This document shows positions 59,001 through 64,000 of a DNA stretch of 64,000 nucleotides, in pieces; positions within the stretch are counted from its first letter, which is position 1, and every line of letters begins with the position of its first letter. Both the position numbers and the translations under genes were made by a program. The notes beneath the pieces were generated by a model that did not search any database, was not told where the DNA came from, and saw only the letters and a program-made list of their open reading frames with translations. The DNA is from Bacteroidota bacterium. GTDB lineage: Bacteria > Bacteroidota > Bacteroidia > UKL13-3. The stretch spans positions 17,689 to 81,688 of the forward strand of contig CANLLM010000001.1 of assembly GCA_947491825.1 (NCBI GenBank), read 5' to 3'.

Positions 59001-60318
59001 AGGCCCCAACAATAATTCTTCATTAGAAGTTGAAGAAGGTAGTCCTGCTGAAGTAGTTATCAACTGGGGTAAATCTACAAACAGCAACCTTTACAGGTGG
59101 TTTGTTACTTCATCAACAGGAACATTTACTGCTCCTTTGTTGCGCATCAACTCAAATAATAATGGAACTGACACTTCATTGATATTAACTAGCGGAACAT
59201 TGGATAATGTGTTGAATTCATTGGGTGTGAAACGCGGTGCTTCAGCCAATTTAAAATGGACAGTTTATGCATACTTAGATGGCGATTCACTAAAAGCTGG
59301 CCAAGACTGGAATATTACATTAACACGTAAACGCGTATTGAGTGCTTTTAACTTAACAGCACCTAATAACAATGCCCGTGTGGAAGTTGCTAAAAACAGT
59401 ACAGATGCTATTGTGATTAATTGGTCAGCCTCAAACAAGGCTGCTAACTACAGATGGAAAGCAACCATACCTGCTGGCAATTTTAACATACCATTGCTAA
59501 ACTTACCATCCGATATAAACGGAACAGATACTAAGTTAACGCTTACCAGTGGTGCCATTGATGCCATATTAAAATCTAATGGTTTAAAAGTAGGTGATTC
59601 TATCACATTAAAATGGACAGTTTATGCTTTAGAAACAACTGACTCATTACAGGCTGCACAAACCTTCAATATTACGCTTGCAAGAAAACGTATTTTAGGT
59701 AACTTTAATTTAATTGCTCCAGCCAATAATGTTACGGTTGCTATAGACTCAAACAATAGTACGCCAATTAACATCAGTTGGTCAGCGTCAACTAATGCCA
59801 CAACATACAAATGGTTGGCAATAGCTGCAGGTGGTAACTTTAATAACCCATTATTAAGCCTTAATGCGGATAACAATGGTATTGCAAACACACTAAGTTT
59901 AACCTCTGGTGCTGTGGATGCAGTGCTTGCTAGCAATGGAGTAAAGGATGGAGATTCATTATCGTTAAGCTGGACCGTTCGGGCCATTGAGCAAGAAGAT
60001 TCTATCCTTGCTAACCAAACCTTTAATGTGAAATTTGTTCGCACAAAAAATGTGGGTTTAGGCAAGTATGACATCAGCAACAAGGTAAATATTTATCCGA
60101 ACCCAACCACGGAATTGATAAATATTACTACAACGAACTTAACTGGTGAAGGGCAAATTACTTTGACTGATTTAACTGGAAGATTGGTTTTAACATCAAG
60201 TATCAGTTTAGATAAAAACCAAACAAGTGTTGATGTGTCAAAACTAAATCAAGGCATCTATTTTCTGAAAGTTGTTACCCTACAAGGCAATGCAACTTTT
60301 AAAGTAATTATTCAATAA
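53047..60318 (+). CDS. Giant (2,423 aa) T9SS-secreted multidomain phosphoesterase. From N to C terminus it has a signal peptide, a beta-propeller-like region, a phytase-like esterase domain, a 5'-nucleotidase/metallophosphatase catalytic domain plus 5'-nucleotidase C-terminal domain, an OB-fold-like segment, four ~120-aa tandem repeats, and a T9SS C-terminal domain.
   Basis: Signal MKRQLFLFSIAFALAFTGDVSAQ (ATG at 53047). GFEGIAI… phytase-like segment. Metallophosphatase motifs …SGDNT…, …GNHEFD…. 5'-NT C-domain …ETNLGNLSSDA…KNGGGIRSAVG…. CTD …NIYPNPTTELINITT…QGIYFLKVVTLQGNATFKVIIQ. Confidence 0.8.
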   Translation: MKRQLFLFSIAFALAFTGDVSAQINAQFLGRYSIGTYNSNGGVAEISAYDPNSKRMFVINGPDSTVKIVSIANPANPVLITTVSIKPYGIDVTSVACNKKGVFAISVIDSNGKTNPSNIVFLDINGNYINKVKAGANADHVIFTSNGQKLLVANEGEPNVGYTIDPEGSISIIDLASGIANISQANVQTAGFTAFNTPTTIDSKIKITGRIQSGGTFLRNSTVAEDIEPEYIAVSEDNSTAWVTCQENNALAIVNINSATVTSLLPLGFKNHNLSGNGLDPSDQSGAGNTASTSIANWPVFGMYQPDGISSYKVGSQTFLVTANEGDARADWGAVNNEEVRVNNASFVLDTIKFGGATNVAALRANAGLGRLNVTNRYGDFDNDGKFDSIFTFGARSFSIWNGATGALVWDSKDDFEQRTAAMFPSNFNAGHTTNALDDRSDNKGPEPESITIGKIGDSTYAFVGLERIGGIMIYNITNPNAPYYVQYINTRNFGVTPNQANLATVGDLGPEGIVFIPAAESPNGQNLVLLSNEVSGTVAIFTVTTPQTVGITKLQEYKNNTSPAIGTFQGINYREAGFSSLFPIPNTNGTEFWTCSDRGVNIDGANANLAGCRPTYDKIYGFPSYAPKIHRIRLLGDSIQILRTITIKRLNGTSATGIINPTGLGSTAAEIASTDTVQDCANFSLKTTPKDTFGIDPEGLVVDKVGNFWLCEEGGATIWQLNPNGVLIKRYTPYFNRPGLQSVDMQLDTCFKYRRNNRGFEGIAITPNGKIYAAIQSPMHYPSSSVGSSSRVHRIVEIDPATNTQRMLVYLNDGTIGASGANQIRPQDWKIGDMTAINDSTFLVLDAAARGTSDLKKMYLININQATAVSSGLYGGLTIEALADSTGLANNGIKPVTKTLAIDLLASGWPAVLDKAEGLAIINDSTIAIGNDNDFGQKSETANGIGSETGIVSHVITYRLSGVKKLMNYRTPPSVSAYQMQILHSGDMESGLAAVVDAPNYAAIMDKLEDQHVNTLILSSGDNTLPGPFLSSGEDPSLQTPLRNTAARYYSGTQALRAAIGRADIAIMNIIGFNASALGNHEFDLGTTDLNGQIGVDIRSNGADKRWLGAQFPYVSCNLNFSNDINLSYLYTNQILRDTAFKTSPTITNNTQKRGLAPSVIIERNGEKIGIVGATTQVLAKISSPGFTSIIGPQVDDMPALAAIIQPVVDSLIAKEGVNKIILLAHLQQIANEKALAPLLRNVDIIISGGNHAISADGNDRLIAGNVRTEQYPIRTTSLTSQPMVILNNSSEWKYVGRFVCDFDSAGVLLPNLLDSTVNGVYASDSLTVTSLWGNYNAAFAAGTKGADVRTICNAVNNVIVAKDGNIIGKSKVFLEGRRNFVRTEETNLGNLSSDANLWYAKQYDPQVRVSLKNGGGIRSAVGTVNAVGGNVTLESTQANPTANKAAGDISQLDVENSLRFNNGLVIVTTNAAGLRRLLEHGIAATTPNATPGQFPQVGGVAFSYDTTRAANNRIVSMVIIDSLGNKQDTIVRNGLLFGDTSRIYKTVTLNFLANPSSVGSPVGGDNYPFPQVVTARVNLDTAIKSTGTATFAGIGSEQDAFAEYMLARHNTLGTAFSLRDTTLQGDKRIQLLNARVDSIIFQYPTLTLAQARAATPPSVVKTRGIVTRTWGRFIYIQDATGAIGVRQSSGAMVDSIITNGIRQGDSIEVIGVRADFNNYAQITIATGAYTTTSSITRLATGRPLPAAQVLTVKQFLANPESFESELVRIVNLRTTSTGAFASSTNYNVWDGSTVGDTTVLRVISSQDSEVDDAPAFNIPSFFTFEGTVIQFCSSPTSGCNTGYQLQGIRKTDIIPQLAPFNLISPANNARVVTEPGNSAPVQITWNSSANSNTYKWFLTTAAGTFTAPLLVLPANGSGTDTTLTLTSGGIDAILASLNISQGDSVKTKWTVFAYRGTDSLQAAQVFNITLARKKISTGAFSLIGPNNNSSLEVEEGSPAEVVINWGKSTNSNLYRWFVTSSTGTFTAPLLRINSNNNGTDTSLILTSGTLDNVLNSLGVKRGASANLKWTVYAYLDGDSLKAGQDWNITLTRKRVLSAFNLTAPNNNARVEVAKNSTDAIVINWSASNKAANYRWKATIPAGNFNIPLLNLPSDINGTDTKLTLTSGAIDAILKSNGLKVGDSITLKWTVYALETTDSLQAAQTFNITLARKRILGNFNLIAPANNVTVAIDSNNSTPINISWSASTNATTYKWLAIAAGGNFNNPLLSLNADNNGIANTLSLTSGAVDAVLASNGVKDGDSLSLSWTVRAIEQEDSILANQTFNVKFVRTKNVGLGKYDISNKVNIYPNPTTELINITTTNLTGEGQITLTDLTGRLVLTSSISLDKNQTSVDVSKLNQGIYFLKVVTLQGNATFKVIIQ
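58612..60050 (+). repeat. Four in-frame tandem repeats of about 360 nt (about 120 aa each) inside the giant gene. They probably encode an Ig-like/β-sandwich domain of unknown function.
   Basis: Recurring protein pattern FNLIxPxNNxxVxVxxxSxxPVxIxWSASxNxxxYKWxxTxxxGxFxxPLLxLxxxxNGTDTxLTLTSGxIDAxLxSxGxKxGDSxxLKWTVxAxxxxDSLxAxQxFNITLxRK, starting near 58621, 58990, 59350 and 59700. Confidence 0.8.
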
Positions 60319-60341
60319 AACTAATACGTATTTTATACCTA

Positions 60342-60371
60342 AAAAGCAGGCCATGGCCTGCTTTTTTTTAT
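60342..60371 (+). terminator. Strong rho-independent terminator after the giant gene.
   Basis: Perfect palindrome AGCAGGCCATGGCCTGCT followed by T8. Confidence 0.85.
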
Positions 60372-60416
60372 TTCTAGATCTATAGTTTTAAAGTATATTA
60401 GCGCATAAATTATTTT

Positions 60417-61829
60417 ATGGCTACAATACAATTTTATGGTGCCGCTCAGGTTGTAACTGGTAGTAAGCACCTGATAACAAATGCTCATGGTAAAAAACTA
60501 CTTTTAGATTGTGGATTATTTCAGGGGAGGATAGATAACCGCGATGAGTTGAACCGACACTTTGGTTTTGATCCACACGAAGTAGATTACGTCATTTTAT
60601 CACATGCGCATATTGACCACTCGGGCTTATTGCCTCGATTAGTAAAAGAGGGCTTCAGAGGAATTATTTTTGCAACACCTGCAACAATTTCTTTATGCGA
60701 AATCATGTTGTTAGACTCCGCCTTTATACAAAATGAAGATTTACGTTATATAAATAAACGCAAGATTAAACAAGGAGAGGTGCCTATTGAAGCACTTTAT
60801 GACGTGCTGGATGTAGAAAAAACATTAGACTTGATGGTTCCCGTTGAATATGAAGAGACCATTAAAATAGACCCTGATATTACATTAACATTTACTGATG
60901 CAGGCCATTTATTAGGCAGTTCAGCTGTGCATGTTGATGTGACTTGTAAAAAAGGCAAAAAAACGAAAATTACTTTTACTGGTGATATTGGCCGATTAAA
61001 CGATCAAATACTTCGCTCGCCACAACCTTTTAGGCAATGTGATGTGTTGATTTGCGAAAGTACATATGGAAACCGGCTACACCCCAAACCTGCTGATATA
61101 GAATTGCAATTGTTGAATGTAATTCGTGAGACATGTGTGGAGCAAAAAGGTAAATTAATTATTCCTGCCTTTAGCATAGATAGAACACAAGATTTAATTT
61201 ATATGCTAGATCAGTTTGCCAATAAAGGATTGTTACCAACCATAAAAGTGTTTGTAGATAGTCCATTATCAACTAAAGCAACTGCTGTAATTCGCAAACA
61301 CGAAGAGTGCTTCAACGAAAGCTTTCTAGAATACATACGCAAAGATCCAGACCCATTCGGGTTTAAAAATTTAACCTACGTTGGAGATGTTAACCAATCG
61401 AAAGCGTTAAATGATAATAAAGAACCTTGTATCATTATATCAGCATCTGGCATGGCCGAGGCTGGAAGAATTAAACACCACATTGCCAACAATATTCAAA
61501 GCCATAAAAACACCATCTTAATGGTAGGATATTGCACCCCAGAAAGTTTAGGAGGAAAATTAAAAGCAGGTGCCAAAGAGGTAAAAATATTTGGTGAAAA
61601 GTATCTGGTAAATGCCAGCGTAGTTAATATGGATTATTTCAGTGCGCATGCTGATTACATTGGCATTATTGAATACCTAAAACACCAAAAAGCAAGTAAA
61701 GTAAAACAAGTGTTTTTGGTGCACGGGGAAATTGAAGCACAAGAATCACTAAAAGAAAAATTGGAAGAAGTAGGTTATACAAATATTACTATACCTATAA
61801 TGGGAGAGCAATTTGAAATCACAACTTAA
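60417..61829 (+). CDS. MBL-fold β-CASP metallo-hydrolase (RNase J / CPSF-like RNA-metabolising enzyme).
   Basis: HxHxDH motif LSHAHIDHSG, downstream Asp/His β-CASP motifs, and a C-terminal RNA-specificity-like domain. Confidence 0.75.
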   Translation: MATIQFYGAAQVVTGSKHLITNAHGKKLLLDCGLFQGRIDNRDELNRHFGFDPHEVDYVILSHAHIDHSGLLPRLVKEGFRGIIFATPATISLCEIMLLDSAFIQNEDLRYINKRKIKQGEVPIEALYDVLDVEKTLDLMVPVEYEETIKIDPDITLTFTDAGHLLGSSAVHVDVTCKKGKKTKITFTGDIGRLNDQILRSPQPFRQCDVLICESTYGNRLHPKPADIELQLLNVIRETCVEQKGKLIIPAFSIDRTQDLIYMLDQFANKGLLPTIKVFVDSPLSTKATAVIRKHEECFNESFLEYIRKDPDPFGFKNLTYVGDVNQSKALNDNKEPCIIISASGMAEAGRIKHHIANNIQSHKNTILMVGYCTPESLGGKLKAGAKEVKIFGEKYLVNASVVNMDYFSAHADYIGIIEYLKHQKASKVKQVFLVHGEIEAQESLKEKLEEVGYTNITIPIMGEQFEITT

Positions 61830-61860
61830 TACTAAAAGAACAACGCATCAAAATCGCAGC

Positions 61861-62619
61861 ATGAAAGAATCTAAACGCAATATATTATTTTTAATACTGG
61901 GCTCCTTTTTTATTGCTAACGCTGTAATAGCAGAGTTTATTGGCGTGAAAATTTTTTCGGTGGAAGAAACATTAGGTATATCTCCCATCCAAATAAAACT
62001 TCTTGGCGATACCTATTCGTTTAATATGACAGCAGGAGTTTTGCTTTGGCCAATGGTATTTGTGATGACCGACATCATTAACGAATATTATGGTAAACAT
62101 GGTGTTCGTTTATTTTCATATATAGCGGCCGCCTTAATTACTTACGCATTTATTGCGGTTTATGCCTCTATTCAAACCGTACCGGCAGGTTTTTGGGTTA
62201 CAAAACAAACAGCACAAGGCCCAATAAATATGCAACTTGCATTTAGCAGTATATTTGGACAAGGATTATGGATTATTATAGGTTCATTAGTGGCATTTTT
62301 ATTTGGGCAATTGGTTGATGTATATACCTTTCATTTAATTAAACGCAAAACAGGCGATAAAGCACTTTGGTTGCGCAGTACAGGCTCAACACTGGTATCT
62401 CAGTTTATAGATAGTTTTGTGGTGCTAATTATTGCCTTTTATATTGGTGGCGACTGGCCATTAAAACTTGTACTTACAGTTGGTGTGGTAAATTATTTGT
62501 ATAAATTCATCGTAGCAATTGCACTTACTCCATTATTATACATCATACACGCTGTTATTGATAACTATTTGGGTAAAGACATAGCCAAACATTTGATGAA
62601 GGAAGCTGCAAAAGACTAG
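61861..62619 (+). CDS. Queuosine-precursor transporter (YhhQ / DUF165 family).
   Basis: The pattern matches E. coli YhhQ (…MTDIINEYYGKHG…, …FGQLVDVYTFHLIKRK…, …LWLRSTGSTLVSQFIDSFVVLIIAF…). The start is at the internal ATG, which avoids overlap with the upstream gene. Confidence 0.7.
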   Translation: MKESKRNILFLILGSFFIANAVIAEFIGVKIFSVEETLGISPIQIKLLGDTYSFNMTAGVLLWPMVFVMTDIINEYYGKHGVRLFSYIAAALITYAFIAVYASIQTVPAGFWVTKQTAQGPINMQLAFSSIFGQGLWIIIGSLVAFLFGQLVDVYTFHLIKRKTGDKALWLRSTGSTLVSQFIDSFVVLIIAFYIGGDWPLKLVLTVGVVNYLYKFIVAIALTPLLYIIHAVIDNYLGKDIAKHLMKEAAKD

Positions 62620-62751
62620 TTAAGTTGGTTTTAACTAATGGTAAAATACATCTTATGTAAAATATACCTCCAATGAGCAGCTCCCATTCCAAAATCCTTC
62701 CTCAAACTTCCATATCATTTTACTATCTTGTGCCACTTTTAGATTATATTA

Positions 62752-63984
62752 ATGGAACTTAACAACAATGCTTATTACGCGGGTGGCGTGAAGTTAGTCG
62801 ATGTGGCCAAAGAGTTTGGCACACCAGTTTATGTTTATAATGCAGATAGTATTATCTCGCAGTATAAACGCTTGAAAAATGCATTTAACCCAATTGATAT
62901 AAAGATAAAATATGCTTGTAAGGCATTAAATAACAGTGCTATTTTAAGGTTACTTAAGAATGAAGGAAGTGGATTAGATACGGTATCCATTAACGAAGTA
63001 AAATTAGGACTACGAGCAGGATTTAAACCAAACGAAATTATTTTTACTCCCAATTGTGTGGGCATAGATGAAATTAAAGAAGCAGTAAATCTAGGAGTAC
63101 ACATCAACATAGATAACATAAGCATTTTAGAACAATTTGGTGCCATTTACGGCAATACTGTATCTTGCTGTATCCGTCTAAATCCGCATATTATGGCTGG
63201 CGGTAACAGTAAAATAAGCACGGGTCATATTGATAGTAAATTTGGAATCAGCATATATCAATTACGTCACGTAGTTCGTGTAGTAAAATCAAACAATATG
63301 CACATTAACGGCTTGCACATGCATACCGGAAGCGATATTTTAGATGCAGGTGTGTTTTTACAAGGTGCCGAAATTTTATTTGATTGCGCAAAGGATTTTC
63401 CTGATTTATCTTTTATTGATTTTGGTAGCGGATTCAAAGTAGCATATAAAGAAAACGATATTACAACAGATATTGAAGAACTAGGACAATTATTAGGCAC
63501 TCGTTTTACTACTTTTTGTAAAGAATATGGTCGCGAATTAGAATTATGGTTTGAACCTGGTAAATTCTTGGTGAGTGAAGCCGGTTATTTCTTAGTCAAA
63601 TCAAACGTTATAAAACAGACTACAGCTACTGTTTTTGTAGGAGTTGACAGTGGCTTAAACCATTTAATTAGGCCCATGTTGTACGACTCATTCCACGAAA
63701 TTGTAAACATTAGCAACCCAGATGGCAAACAACGCATATACACTGTAGTAGGTAACATTTGCGAAACAGATACTTTTGGATGGGACCGCAAACTTAACGA
63801 AGTACATGAAGGCGATTTTCTTTGTTTTAAAAATGCTGGAGCATACGGCATAACCATGGCAAGTAATTACAATGCACGTCAAAAGCCAGCTGAAGTACTA
63901 ATTTATCAAGGCAAAACATATCTTATTCGTAAACGCGAAACATTAGAAGACATGATCTTAAACGAAGTAAACATTAACTTATAA
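62752..63984 (+). CDS. lysA: Diaminopimelate decarboxylase (PLP-dependent fold-III Orn/DAP/Arg decarboxylase).
   Basis: PLP-lysine context …KIKYACKALNN…, …GLHMHTGS…, …EPGKFLVSEAGY…, and C-terminal …GNICETDTF…GAYG…. 410 aa. Confidence 0.7.
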   Translation: MELNNNAYYAGGVKLVDVAKEFGTPVYVYNADSIISQYKRLKNAFNPIDIKIKYACKALNNSAILRLLKNEGSGLDTVSINEVKLGLRAGFKPNEIIFTPNCVGIDEIKEAVNLGVHINIDNISILEQFGAIYGNTVSCCIRLNPHIMAGGNSKISTGHIDSKFGISIYQLRHVVRVVKSNNMHINGLHMHTGSDILDAGVFLQGAEILFDCAKDFPDLSFIDFGSGFKVAYKENDITTDIEELGQLLGTRFTTFCKEYGRELELWFEPGKFLVSEAGYFLVKSNVIKQTTATVFVGVDSGLNHLIRPMLYDSFHEIVNISNPDGKQRIYTVVGNICETDTFGWDRKLNEVHEGDFLCFKNAGAYGITMASNYNARQKPAEVLIYQGKTYLIRKRETLEDMILNEVNINL

Positions 63985-64000
63985 TATTCAAATGGCTTTC

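Noticed and set aside
53529-60083. Several 60-150-aa minus-strand ORFs (53529-53876, 54177-54425, 57054-57449, 59622-60083) inside the giant gene.
   Set aside because: They lie within a continuous 7.3-kb + strand ORF that has coherent domain content. They have no start context and no motifs. They are the usual by-product of a long ORF on the other strand.
1-64000. Search for CRISPR arrays, IS/transposase, integrase, phage or toxin-antitoxin modules.
   Set aside because: I saw no regularly spaced direct repeats, no transposase or integrase motifs (DDE, tyrosine recombinase R-H-R-Y) and no paired small ORFs. The window reads as core chromosome, apart from the items listed under findings.

Overview
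This is a low-GC (about 35%) chromosomal segment that looks Bacteroidota-like (Flavobacteriia/Sphingobacteriia). The evidence is several T9SS C-terminal sorting domains, -7 TAnnTTTG promoter boxes, a short 323-aa NuoG, and the conserved ftsX-DUF3098-uppP-truB-ribF block. Most of the window is core genome. It holds a complete 14-gene NADH:quinone oxidoreductase operon (nuoA-N, 31.0-44.1 kb) and an ExbB-ExbD-ExbD-TonB cluster with PstS-like and TPR partners (44.3-50.2 kb). It also holds cell-envelope and housekeeping genes (pepO-like M13 peptidase, M23/LysM peptidase, ribF, truB, uppP, ftsX, a GT4 glycosyltransferase, dapD, fabI, sodA, peroxiredoxin, mazG, lysA) and three tRNAs (Leu-GAG, His-GTG, Arg-ACG). 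I found no CRISPR array, IS element, integrase or phage gene. Three regions deserve a second look. First, at the left edge a membrane-anchored CHAT (caspase-like) protease gene overlaps tail-to-tail with an anti-sigma/ECF-sigma operon (1-2.9 kb). This resembles the protease-to-sigma-factor logic recently described for type III-E CRISPR Craspase, but it is stand-alone within what the window shows. Second, a giant 2,423-aa T9SS-secreted multidomain phosphoesterase/nucleotidase with four tandem repeats sits at 53.0-60.3 kb. Third, a dihydroorotase-like gene lacks its metal-binding histidines and is followed by an acidic unknown protein. Coordinates for CDS starts follow the ORF track unless a clearly better internal ATG, signal peptide or alternative start codon was visible. 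All functional calls are from motifs read in the translations; no database search was run.
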